From Methanobacteriota archaeon (GTDB lineage Archaea > Halobacteriota > Methanomicrobia > Methanomicrobiales > Methanoculleaceae): a stretch of DNA of 42,644 nt. Below, piece by piece: positions 27,933-36,886 of this stretch. The notes under the pieces are model-generated. The model did no database searches. It saw nothing but the letters and a program-made list of their open reading frames with translations, and was not told the DNA's origin. The DNA lies in contig JAENZF010000003.1 of the NCBI GenBank assembly GCA_016841385.1, forward strand, positions 1 to 42,644, read 5' to 3'. Position 1 is the first letter of the stretch; every line of letters starts with the position of its first letter. The position numbers and the translations under genes were made by a program.

Positions 27933-30900
27933 ACAACCCCCTCCACAACCGCGATCTCCTCCTCAGTCAGCCCGTAGAGTTCGTAGACCAGCCGGTCGAT
28001 CTGCCGGTCGGTCGCGTCGATCATCCCGGCGAGCACCTCCTTCTCGTGCGGGGCCTTCGCCGCCGCGAGGCGCTTGTTCAGGTCGAGCATCTTCTCAACG
28101 AGGGCGACCATGCGGTCGTGGCGGGCGACGTCGGCGGGGTCGGAGAAGTCGATGGTGCGGATGGGAATCTGCTCAATGTATTGGGTCATGTAGTGTGCGT
28201 AGCCCGAATTCAGGAAGGTGCAGACTTTCTTGTAATACCAGAAGAGGAGTTGCGAGTTAAGAAGCCCTAGTAGATAGAAGTCCGAGAACTCGTTGTCATT
28301 CTGGATAATTCCATATCCAGTTTTGAAAAAGTATCTTTCTATGTCGTACGAATAGGCGGCTTTATTATCATAAAATGGGCAAATGATTTTATTCCTCTGG
28401 AAGAGCGTCATGCTCTTCGGATACCCATATGCATACCAGTTATCACCCTTGAACCTGCCCTTCTCTCTCTCTGCTAGCATTTTCTTATGCTTGGATAGAT
28501 ATTCGAATGTGGAGGGATATTTCTCTAACAGCTCGTTTTTAGACAGTAGCCTAAAGTTATCCTCTGTAATTTCATAGGGACAGATTACAGCGATGTTCGA
28601 CTCTGGATGGACGTATCTGCGAATCTGCCTCCCTTTTAGGAACCGCTTTGCGCAACCACGTTCAACCGATATTTCCTCCTGCGACGCTTTCGAGGTGCCC
28701 TTGACATAATTCCCCTCAACACGGCAATTTGTCAAGACAAAGACATCTTCCGCACTCGTCTGGGTTCCCACAAAGATGTGCGCGATGTTACCTAACTTTC
28801 TCTCGTTCTTATCCAGTCTCTCGAATAGAGCCGCCTCATCACCTAGGATAAAATTCCAGTCAGAAACGGTGACGGCGCTTTTAGGGAGAGTGTCGTTTGG
28901 CTCCCGGATCTCTTTTTTCCATTCATCGAGATCGTCAATTTTCTGGTAACGAAAGGAGTCACTTTTCGCTTTAGAAAGGAGGAGCAAGCATGTATAGGTC
29001 GTTGCTCCCTTAAACACTTGTTGATGTCCGAAATGTGTGACTTCTTTTAGATGCTCTCCAGTGGCTATGAGTTCTCGTAATGGCCCCCCGTACTTTGCAG
29101 TGAAAAATTTGTGAGGGAGAATGAACCCTAACTGCCCCTGGTTATTCAGTAGAGTAAGTCCTTTCTCAACAAAAACAACGTAGATGTCATAATTGCCTTT
29201 ATGGGCGGTCGTGTAAAGGCGTTTGTACACCTCCACCTCTACCGGAGCCCACTCCTTCATGGCCTGAATCCGCACATACGGCGGGTTCCCGATCACCGCA
29301 TCGAACCCACCCGCCTGCAGAATAGACGGGAACGCCCGGTTCCAGTCGAAGGCGTTGATCCGGAAGATCGCATCCTCGTCGTCGAGGGTCAACTGCACGT
29401 CGTTGTAGATGTCCGGGCCGACGAGGGAGTTCCCACACTTGATGTTCTCGTGGAGGGAGGGGAGCACCCGCTCCTCTGTGATCGTCAACTGCTTCCCGAT
29501 CCGCTCGGACTTCTCGCCCTCCAGCACTTTGAGGAGGAGCGAGAGTTTCGTCACCTCCACCGCCTGCGGGTCGATGTCCACGCCGTAGATGTTGTTTAGG
29601 AGGACCCGCTTCTTCTCCTCCGTCGTCAGCCGCCAGTCGGTATCGGTCGCCTGGTAGACCGGGAGGATGTACTCCTCGCCGTTCCCCCGCCTCTTCTTAC
29701 CGCGGCCGCTCTTCGCCGGCGCAGGTTTTGCCGGCAGGAGTTCGAGCACCGCGGGGTCGGTCATCTTCGCCCCGGCCGCAAGCAGCGGCACCAGGTTGTC
29801 CATATACCACTGAAGGTGCCAGTCGAGAAAATACTGGTAGGCGCCGAGGAGGAACGACCCCGAACCGCAGGCCGGGTCGAGGACGTGGAGGCCGGCGACC
29901 GCCTTCGGGTCCTTCCCCGCAACAAGGTTCCCGACGGTCTGCTTCACGATGTACTCCACGATATAGGTCGGTGTGTAGAAGACCCCGCCCGCCTTCTTCA
30001 CCTCCGGCTTCTCCTCGACCTTCGCCTGGTGCCCGGCCGTCAGGCGGATGACCTTCCCCAGGAACTGCTCGTAGACCTGGCCGAGGATGTCCGCCGGGAA
30101 GACCGAGAACTCGTAGGGCGAGTCCGGGTAATAGAGGTGGCCGATGATCTGCTTGAGCACCCTGTCGTCGATGGCAAGGGAGAGCGTCAGGTTGTCCGGG
30201 TCTTCCCGGCCGGGTTCCGTCGAGAAGTGGAACAGCCCGGAGTTGTACCGGTCGTCCGCATACCGGAAGAGCGCCTTCAACTGCTCGTAGATATCTTTCC
30301 CGGCGGCGATCCGCTTCAACTGCCCGTACTCCTCGATCCCGCGGTCCTCGCAGATCCGCAGGAAGACGATCCGGTCGATCGTCTTCTGCACCGCCGCGTT
30401 CAGCTCCCGGACCGAGAGATCCCTGTTCCGGAGCGCGATGTTCTTCGCGAGGAGGTCCCGCCACCCTTCAATCTCCGCGAGGAAGGCGTCGTCGATGCCG
30501 GCGGTGCCCTTCCCGCCCTTCTTCAACTTCAGGCTCTCGACGTAGTCATCATACCCCCCGGTCAGGATGCCCTGCTTTGAAAAGATCGCCGCGATCTCAT
30601 CCCATTTCTCGATATAGTCGGTGTATCGGTAGTAGCCGATCCGTTTCATCGACGCCTTATCTCTCACCGAAGGCTTCGCCGTGCAGTCGTAGACGATGAA
30701 CTCCTCGAAGTCCGTGAGCAGGCTGACCGGCAGTTTCGCGCTCCAGGCGTACCGGCGCACCTGGTAGGCGGGCTCCGGGCTTTCCTTGAGGTTCACGGCG
30801 GGTTTCTTCGCCTCGACGAAGAACTTCCGCATACCCCCGATCCGGAACGAGTAGTCCGGCGCTTTGGTGGACGTCTCCACCTTCACCGTATCTTCGTGGA

Positions 30901-31081
30901 TCACGTCTTTGTAGCGCTCATCGAGCCCCGAGCGGTTGTTTACATCCCAGCCGAGGGCCTCAAAGAAAGGATCGATGAACTCCTTTCTGACCTGGAACTC
31001 GTTGTAGGACTGTGACGTATACTTTGCATAGTACTGGTCGAACCGCTTGACCAGATCGACGATCTCGGGCGGGGCGGGCAT
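27929..31081 (-). CDS. Type IIG (Eco57I-like) fused restriction endonuclease / N6-adenine methyltransferase
   Basis: N-terminal PD...EAK nuclease (PDYSF...VEAKK), GVFYTP, motif I LDPACGSGSF, motif IV GNPPY, TRD and C-terminal IDRLVYELYGL. Confidence 0.93.
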   Translation of the reverse strand: MPAPPEIVDLVKRFDQYYAKYTSQSYNEFQVRKEFIDPFFEALGWDVNNRSGLDERYKDVIHEDTVKVETSTKAPDYSFRIGGMRKFFVEAKKPAVNLKESPEPAYQVRRYAWSAKLPVSLLTDFEEFIVYDCTAKPSVRDKASMKRIGYYRYTDYIEKWDEIAAIFSKQGILTGGYDDYVESLKLKKGGKGTAGIDDAFLAEIEGWRDLLAKNIALRNRDLSVRELNAAVQKTIDRIVFLRICEDRGIEEYGQLKRIAAGKDIYEQLKALFRYADDRYNSGLFHFSTEPGREDPDNLTLSLAIDDRVLKQIIGHLYYPDSPYEFSVFPADILGQVYEQFLGKVIRLTAGHQAKVEEKPEVKKAGGVFYTPTYIVEYIVKQTVGNLVAGKDPKAVAGLHVLDPACGSGSFLLGAYQYFLDWHLQWYMDNLVPLLAAGAKMTDPAVLELLPAKPAPAKSGRGKKRRGNGEEYILPVYQATDTDWRLTTEEKKRVLLNNIYGVDIDPQAVEVTKLSLLLKVLEGEKSERIGKQLTITEERVLPSLHENIKCGNSLVGPDIYNDVQLTLDDEDAIFRINAFDWNRAFPSILQAGGFDAVIGNPPYVRIQAMKEWAPVEVEVYKRLYTTAHKGNYDIYVVFVEKGLTLLNNQGQLGFILPHKFFTAKYGGPLRELIATGEHLKEVTHFGHQQVFKGATTYTCLLLLSKAKSDSFRYQKIDDLDEWKKEIREPNDTLPKSAVTVSDWNFILGDEAALFERLDKNERKLGNIAHIFVGTQTSAEDVFVLTNCRVEGNYVKGTSKASQEEISVERGCAKRFLKGRQIRRYVHPESNIAVICPYEITEDNFRLLSKNELLEKYPSTFEYLSKHKKMLAEREKGRFKGDNWYAYGYPKSMTLFQRNKIICPFYDNKAAYSYDIERYFFKTGYGIIQNDNEFSDFYLLGLLNSQLLFWYYKKVCTFLNSGYAHYMTQYIEQIPIRTIDFSDPADVARHDRMVALVEKMLDLNKRLAAAKAPHEKEVLAGMIDATDRQIDRLVYELYGLTEEEIAVVEGVV

Positions 31082-31172
31082 GGCTATCAATGGAATATGG
31101 AAAACAGCCCGGCAAAAAGGTTAGCATTTGTTCTTCGTCGAGGAAAGTCGCCACCGACGTTTCCGAGCTCTT

Positions 31173-31832
31173 TCACGCCGGCGAACGGCCGCCCGTCCGG
31201 TCGCCCAGGTACCGGACGTCGTGGAGACTGGTTTCGGAAAGAATGAGATCCCGGTTGGCGATGATGTGGCGGTAATCCCCGGGGTAGAGCACCATGCCGT
31301 CGATCGCCGCTGCGACGTGGTGTGCGTCGAGGAGCACCTCGCAGTCGTCGTAGTCGGCGATGACCGCACTGAACCGGGCCCAGATCTCGCGGTAGGCTTC
31401 TGTTCGTGCATGGAGCGCCAGCGCCTTCCGATCCTCGAGGACGGAGCGCCGCTGCCGGCAGAGCGATTCATACCGCTCTTTCACCGCTGCGAGTGTATCC
31501 AGAGCCGCTCCCGGCTGCTCGCAGCAGAGTCCGGCAACGTTTTGGAGAAGCGGGACGGTTCGCCACCCGCCGGTCTCGGCCTCGGCAAGAAGGGTGTCCA
31601 CCGAACCGTCCCTTCTGAAGTGCGCAACCGCCCGCCGGAACTCACGGATGATCACGCGCTGGATGGTGCGACACCGGCCTCCCGTCCCGTCGCCGAAACA
31701 CTCGGCCCAGACCCCTGTACTGGAATGGTTCGGCTCCGGGTCGTCGAAGACATCAGCGGCCTCGGTGCCCCAGGTGTCGGCGACGTGAAAATAGTGCCCG
31801 ATAAGGACGTTACTGTCGAGGAAATAGGGCAG
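31173..31832 (-). CDS. PIN-domain-like protein (putative toxin/nuclease); probable CTG start
   Basis: YFLDSNVLI...W.E...D.DDCEVLLDAH...PGD.RHI acidic PIN pattern. The ORF track starts at 31913 inside the upstream gene, but the PIN begins at LPYFLD after GGAGGAGGT. Confidence 0.7.
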   Translation of the reverse strand: MPYFLDSNVLIGHYFHVADTWGTEAADVFDDPEPNHSSTGVWAECFGDGTGGRCRTIQRVIIREFRRAVAHFRRDGSVDTLLAEAETGGWRTVPLLQNVAGLCCEQPGAALDTLAAVKERYESLCRQRRSVLEDRKALALHARTEAYREIWARFSAVIADYDDCEVLLDAHHVAAAIDGMVLYPGDYRHIIANRDLILSETSLHDVRYLGDRTGGRSPA

Positions 31833-31833
31833 G

Positions 31834-32859
31834 CTACCTCCTCCCTGCCGGAGACTCACTGCACGCGAGATCGCGGGAGATGCGCATTGCCATATCGACA
31901 AGAGCCGAGACATCGCCGTCGTAATCCGGGGGAAGCGAGGGTGGATTATCGTGGATGATCGCGTCCCGTTCTCTGTTGAAGCGCCGCTCCGTGGTATCGC
32001 AGAACTCTTTCAACTGTTCCTCTCTATACGCAACCGGGATCATATGCGTTGCGATGACGTGTGAGACGAAGCAGAGAGGATCGCAGCCTTCGGCCGCAAG
32101 CGTGGGGGCGTGCAAGGGATTGTGGCGGAGCGTTGAGCGATATGCGTCATCCCACGCCAGGTATGCGTCGTAGAAGATCTCAAGGGTGGGCAACGGATAT
32201 GCCGCGACGAAGCGGTCTAAGACCTCTTCGACGGTGGCAATCCGCTCTGCCTTCAGGGGATGAAGCGCACCGGCAACCTCTGAGGAGAGAGGGAGGATGC
32301 TTGTACAGAACGTGCGCTCGAAGCCGTCAGCGTGCAGGCCGCAATACTCCAGGTATGCAAGCTCGTTCGGATTCAACTGGAAGCGCTCAAGCGGGATCTC
32401 CTCACCGTCAGAAAACTCCTTCCAGAGACGGAACTGATGGGTTACGTCGCTGATGCGGTCTGCCTTTTGAAACTTCATCCACTGAAGCACGGTCCGGAGA
32501 AGCACCCGCTCGTAGGGCGTAAACAGCGAGAGATCCGCGTGGACCTTAGGGCGGTATACGTAGGGTTCGTAGCTCCTGCGAAGGCGTCGGCCGCCCGACG
32601 TCCGCCTTCCCGGATACGCCTTTGTTGTCGGTGCCTTTACGTCAAAATATGCGTTCGATTCGGACGTTAGTTCGAATGCCGCAGCCTCGGCAGGACCTTT
32701 GGGCATGCGGATGTAGGTCGTCCCGCAGAGCGTTGTTCCTCTCTGGTTGTAGTAGATGAGGTCCACGAAGAAGATGAACTTCAGGAGCTTCGTCCGGCCG
32801 ATGCGGCGGTCGTGCTCCACTGCGTACAGCAACGCATTGATCAACTTCTGCTTCCGCAT
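31834..32859 (-). CDS. Panacea/SocA (DUF4065)-domain protein with a long C-terminal extension (putative antitoxin)
   Basis: KL.NALLY...GRTKLLKFIFFVD...G...Y..MPKGP...F...E..LL..V....A..IS..TH....W pattern in the N-terminal ~165 aa. Confidence 0.8.
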   Translation of the reverse strand: MRKQKLINALLYAVEHDRRIGRTKLLKFIFFVDLIYYNQRGTTLCGTTYIRMPKGPAEAAAFELTSESNAYFDVKAPTTKAYPGRRTSGGRRLRRSYEPYVYRPKVHADLSLFTPYERVLLRTVLQWMKFQKADRISDVTHQFRLWKEFSDGEEIPLERFQLNPNELAYLEYCGLHADGFERTFCTSILPLSSEVAGALHPLKAERIATVEEVLDRFVAAYPLPTLEIFYDAYLAWDDAYRSTLRHNPLHAPTLAAEGCDPLCFVSHVIATHMIPVAYREEQLKEFCDTTERRFNRERDAIIHDNPPSLPPDYDGDVSALVDMAMRISRDLACSESPAGRR

Positions 32860-32968
32860 CCCATCACCTTGACCCTGAAGCTTCCGCTATAAGTGGCGAA
32901 ACAAGTCTGTATGTGTGCGTATTACAGGTACCAAAAGATAACCCTTTCTGAATGCCCGGAACATCGCT

Positions 32969-33024
32969 GCAGCCTCGCGGTGCTCGAACTCCGGTGCTCA
33001 AGATCCGGATATCCCATCCGTCGC
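32969..33024 (-). repeat. Degenerate copy of the hairpin-module repeat
   Basis: Minus strand GCGACGGATGGGATATCCGGATCTTGAGCACC matches 18127-18158 at 27 of 32 positions; followed by GGAGTTCGAGCACCGCGAGGCTGC. Confidence 0.7.
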
Positions 33025-33068
33025 ACTCCGCGTGAGGCGGTGACGAGGATCCACGTAAAACGGCTATC

Positions 33069-33683
33069 TTATGCCCCCGTATCCTCCCACCCGATACAGA
33101 CCCTGATCGGCACCCTGCCTTCAAGCGAACCCGCGACCGGCGAGCGCCGGTAGCCGTGATGCACGAGTTCCTCGATCTTCTCCCGCGGTGCGTCGGCATC
33201 CACCCGGACGGTCAGGCGGATCTCCTCGAGACCCGGCCCTTCGGCCCGTCGCGGCTCGCACCTTTGGTGCTCGAGCTCCTGTCCTTCGGACAGTCGCGGC
33301 TCGAAGCCTGATGGCTTCTCGTGCTCCGGCCCTTCGGCCCGTCGCACCTCCAAGAACCCCGCGAGATCGAGGTCGCCCGCAACATCGATCTCGATCGAAT
33401 CGACCTCGACCCCGTCTTCAGCCGCGCTGTAGGCGATAGAGGTCGCGATGCAGGCACAAAGACCCGTCAGCACCAGTTCCGTCGGGCTTGCTCCCCGGTC
33501 GGTCCCACCGAGGACGACCGGTTCGTCGGCTGGAATGACGAAGTTCCGGACGATCGTGGTGGAGTGCGCACCGCCGTTCCAGCTCGTGATGCCGGAGAGG
33601 GTCCTTTTGCCCTCCACCGCATCCTTCCGCATCGCCTCCACAAGAGCGTTCACCTTCTCGAGATTGACTCCGTTTCGCATCAT
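33069..33683 (-). CDS. OsmC/Ohr family protein carrying an in-frame repeat insertion
   Basis: DEP..LGGTD.G.SP.E..L..L.AC, GDLDL.GF and SPV motifs; interrupted by RRAEGPEHEKPSGFEPRLSEGQELEHQRCEPRRAEGP. Confidence 0.88.
   Translation of the reverse strand: MMRNGVNLEKVNALVEAMRKDAVEGKRTLSGITSWNGGAHSTTIVRNFVIPADEPVVLGGTDRGASPTELVLTGLCACIATSIAYSAAEDGVEVDSIEIDVAGDLDLAGFLEVRRAEGPEHEKPSGFEPRLSEGQELEHQRCEPRRAEGPGLEEIRLTVRVDADAPREKIEELVHHGYRRSPVAGSLEGRVPIRVCIGWEDTGA
33233..33345 (-). repeat. In-frame tandem hairpin-module array (48+45+20 nt)
   Basis: Units GCGA-hairpin-GAGCWCGA-hairpin-GAGCC; the terminal 20-mer GCGACGGGCCGAAGGGCCGG is duplicated. Confidence 0.9.
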
Positions 33684-33712
33684 TGCAGCAGGCTCCTCGC
33701 AGAATCTTGCCG

Positions 33713-35878
33713 TCAGATGATCGGTTCCGGCGGTTTCCCCGTCGACCTCACGAGCCGCAGCATCTCATCGGGATCGGTCGTCGGGATGTCGCAGGCGTAG
33801 TTGGTGCAGACGTATGCTGTCGCCTTCCCCTCGACCGTCACGATATCCCGGGTAAACCCGGCTATTTTTGTAATCTCCGGCTCTTCCTCGTCGGAGGGGC
33901 GGAAGATAACGACGACGTCAGGCGTATAGTGCGACCGGATGGCGCTGACCATCGCTCTCGTATCCTCCGCGCCATGGAGTCCGGATATGATCACCTCGAA
34001 GTTTGGTCCCAGCATGAACTCAAGGCCGGTGAGGAAGTGGGAGTAGGCGGCAGGGGACTGGTGGACGGCATCGGCAAAGACATGCCGTATCCGGTTCGCC
34101 GTCTCCTCGAGTTCGAGGTTCGCCGTCATCCGCCCGAGGGCGAAGAGGGCATACATGGCCACGCTGTTGCCGGAGGGGATTGCCCCGTCGTAGACTGATT
34201 TCTGGCGGACGGGGACGTCCCCGTCGTCCGGCACAAAGAAGAATCCTCCATGGTTGCAGTCCCAGTAGTGGGCGACGAGGTCCCGGGAGAGTTCGGTGGC
34301 GGTCCGGAGGTAGCCGGGGGAGAACGACGCCTCGTAGACCTCGAGGAGAGCCCAGAGCGTGAATGCATAATCGTCGAGGGTCGCCGGCAGGCCGGCCTCA
34401 CCATTCCGGTAGCGGTGAAGGAGCCGCCCGTCCGACCGGCGAAGGCCGGTGAGGACGAACGCGACCCCCTTCTCTGCCGCTGCAAGGTACTCAGGGTTGT
34501 CAAAGACCCGGGCCGCCTTTGCCAGGGCGGCGATCATGAGAGCGTTCCAGTCAGTGAGGATCTTGTCGTCCTTTGCCGGGTGGATCCGCTTTTCCCGGGC
34601 TGCGAAGAGCTTCTGCCGGCCCCCCTCCACGAACCACGCCAGGTCCTCTTCCGAGGTCGAGAACTCGTGGGCCCAGGATGCCAGCGGGCGCCGCAGACGA
34701 AGGATGTTCCGACCGGTAATCCTTCCGGCAGGCTGTTCCCGGTAGTTGCCGGGCTCCGTGACGCCGAAGATCCGGGAGAATCGCTTCCCATCCTCCTCGC
34801 CGAGAACCTCGAGAATCTCATCCTTCGTCCAGAGGTAGAACTTCCCCTCCTCGCCTTCACTGTCCGCATCCTCCGCCGAGTAGAAGCCACCGCCCGGGTC
34901 GGTCATCTCCCGCAGGACGTAGGCGATCACTTCCCGGGCGGTCCTGGCAAACTCTTCCCTCCCTGTCGCGAGGTAGGCCTCCGTATATGCCATGATCAGG
35001 AGTGCCTGGTCGTAGAGCATCTTCTCGAAGTGCGGGACGAACCACTCCGCGTCCGTCGAGTAGCGGTGGAACCCGTAGCCGAGCTGGTCGAAGATTCCGC
35101 CCCGCCGCATGGCGTGCAGCGTCTTCTCGACCATCGAGTACGCCGGCTCCTTCCCTGTCTGGTTTCCATATCGGAGGAGGAATATGAGGTTATGCGGGGC
35201 CGGGAACTTGGGAGCGTCCCCGAACCCGCCGTTCTCCCCGTCGAAGATCCGGAAGAAGGTATCGTAGGCCTCATCAAGGACCGCCTCCGCAAGCTCGCTC
35301 TCCCCCGGAGGGGTGCGGGCCGCGCTCTGCAGCGCTTCCAGCACCTGACCGCCAGCGTTCTCGAGTTCCTGCCGCTGGCTCTGCCAGATCTTATTTATCC
35401 GGGGGATGAGGTCTAAGAGGCCGGTCATCCCGTACCGGCTCTCTTTTGGGATGTAACTGGCCGCGAAGAACGGTTTTTGATCCGCAGTCATGAAGATGGT
35501 GAGGGGCCATCCTCCGGCTCCGGTCAGCGCATGGGCGGCCGCCATGTAGACCTGGTCGATATCCGGCCGCTCCTCGCGGTCCACCTTGATGCAGACGAAG
35601 ATGTCGTTTAACAGTTTCGCGACCAGCGGGTCTGCAAACGACTCCTCCTCCATGACGTGGCACCAGTGGCAGGCCGAGTAGCCGATGGAGAGGAATACCG
35701 GTTTGCCCTCCTCCCGCGCCCGGAGAAATGCTTCTTCACTCCAGGGATACCAGTCGACGGGGTTATGGGCATGCTGGAGCAGGTAAGGGCTCTGTTCGTG
35801 GATCAGCCGGTTCGGTGGCGATTCCTCCCGCACCGGTGCTCCTGGCGCTTCCGGGTCGTGTCCGCGTGCCGGGTTCAT
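33713..35878 (-). CDS. YyaL/SPATA20-like thioredoxin-domain (DUF255) protein
   Basis: [44 protein letters not shown] and PHFEKMLYD motifs. Confidence 0.95.
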   Translation of the reverse strand: MNPARGHDPEAPGAPVREESPPNRLIHEQSPYLLQHAHNPVDWYPWSEEAFLRAREEGKPVFLSIGYSACHWCHVMEEESFADPLVAKLLNDIFVCIKVDREERPDIDQVYMAAAHALTGAGGWPLTIFMTADQKPFFAASYIPKESRYGMTGLLDLIPRINKIWQSQRQELENAGGQVLEALQSAARTPPGESELAEAVLDEAYDTFFRIFDGENGGFGDAPKFPAPHNLIFLLRYGNQTGKEPAYSMVEKTLHAMRRGGIFDQLGYGFHRYSTDAEWFVPHFEKMLYDQALLIMAYTEAYLATGREEFARTAREVIAYVLREMTDPGGGFYSAEDADSEGEEGKFYLWTKDEILEVLGEEDGKRFSRIFGVTEPGNYREQPAGRITGRNILRLRRPLASWAHEFSTSEEDLAWFVEGGRQKLFAAREKRIHPAKDDKILTDWNALMIAALAKAARVFDNPEYLAAAEKGVAFVLTGLRRSDGRLLHRYRNGEAGLPATLDDYAFTLWALLEVYEASFSPGYLRTATELSRDLVAHYWDCNHGGFFFVPDDGDVPVRQKSVYDGAIPSGNSVAMYALFALGRMTANLELEETANRIRHVFADAVHQSPAAYSHFLTGLEFMLGPNFEVIISGLHGAEDTRAMVSAIRSHYTPDVVVIFRPSDEEEPEITKIAGFTRDIVTVEGKATAYVCTNYACDIPTTDPDEMLRLVRSTGKPPEPII

Positions 35879-36043
35879 ATCCCTTGACGTGCGGATGCAG
35901 GCTAATAAAGATAACTCTTCCCGGGGGAGGGGGCGCTCCCGGAACGAAAACGCCCGCCCTTTCGCTGCCAGGGCGAAAAATGCCCTGCGGGTTCCTATGG
36001 TGAAAAGAGAAGAGTGCTGGCCTGGTCCCGGCCGCGGGCCTCC

Positions 36044-36346
36044 TCACTCCGCGATGGGGATCTCCTTCGTCTCCTCCGCGACGGGCTGTATGTAGGGGAC
36101 ATCCACGGCAAGCAGACCGTTCCTGAAGGTCGCCTTTGCCGCGTTGGTATCGACGGGACAGCCGATCGCGTACGTGCCGACGTAGCGGACGTCGCCGCGA
36201 GCTGCATCGATGGAGAAACTGGTCTCCTGCATCTTAAACGTGATATCCTTCTTCTCAACGCCTGGTAGTTCTATCTCGATATGAAGATTCTCTTCGTTCT
36301 CATCCGAGTAAGCACAGACATAGGGTGCAACTCTCAACGCTGCCAT
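36044..36346 (-). CDS. Small heat shock protein (Hsp20/alpha-crystallin)
   Basis: IELPGVEKKDI...AKATFRNGLL.V..P; upstream GGAGG. Confidence 0.88.
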   Translation of the reverse strand: MAALRVAPYVCAYSDENEENLHIEIELPGVEKKDITFKMQETSFSIDAARGDVRYVGTYAIGCPVDTNAAKATFRNGLLAVDVPYIQPVAEETKEIPIAE

Positions 36347-36496
36347 CTCATAACCTCCTCGACGGCAACAGAGATGCGGGAGTGCTATTTAACGTTTACC
36401 TTCCGCCCGGTCCCCGCCTCAAGCAGCGGATCCCGGGCAGCGCGGCACGGGGAACGAGAGACAGAGGTTTTATCAGGGAGGCGTCAAGTATCATGC

Positions 36497-36886
36497 ATGA
36501 GCGAGCGGTTCATCTTCACCCGGCACCACACCAACTGCTACCACTGCGGCGAGGACGCCGACCAGATTATAAAAGCGGTCTCCGCACAGGCGCAGGTGAT
36601 CTGCTCTGCCTGCGGGGCTACAAGGATCTTCATCCCACGGTTCGAGAACACCGGGACGGTCGGGGTCTGCACCCCGATCGGGTGTTACAATGTATGGAAC
36701 ATCGAGGCCGACGGGCGGTGTAAAAATTGTGGGGTCACGGGCCCGCACGACCTCACGATCGGGTGCAGCCACTTCACGACCCGGTGCCGGAACTGCGGCT
36801 ACACGCACTTCTACCGGTTCAACCTGGAGTATATCGGCCAGTGCCCCGTCGGCGAGGAGGAGGTCAGCGCTCCTCGCGCACCATAG
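36497..36886 (+). CDS. Hypothetical multi-CxxC (double Zn-ribbon) protein
   Basis: CYHC, CSAC, CKNC and CRNC; GGAGG upstream; start trimmed from ORF 36281..36886. Confidence 0.75.
   Translation: MSERFIFTRHHTNCYHCGEDADQIIKAVSAQAQVICSACGATRIFIPRFENTGTVGVCTPIGCYNVWNIEADGRCKNCGVTGPHDLTIGCSHFTTRCRNCGYTHFYRFNLEYIGQCPVGEEEVSAPRAP

Noticed and set aside
29660-29800. Lys/Pro/Gly-rich segment in the RM methyltransferase as an intein or repeat insertion
   Set aside because: No intein splice motifs and no clear hairpin modules; likely a variable loop.
33233-33345. Possible mini-CRISPR array
   Set aside because: No constant repeat with unique 30-40 nt spacers, variable parts are self-complementary, it lies in frame within a gene, and no cas genes are present.
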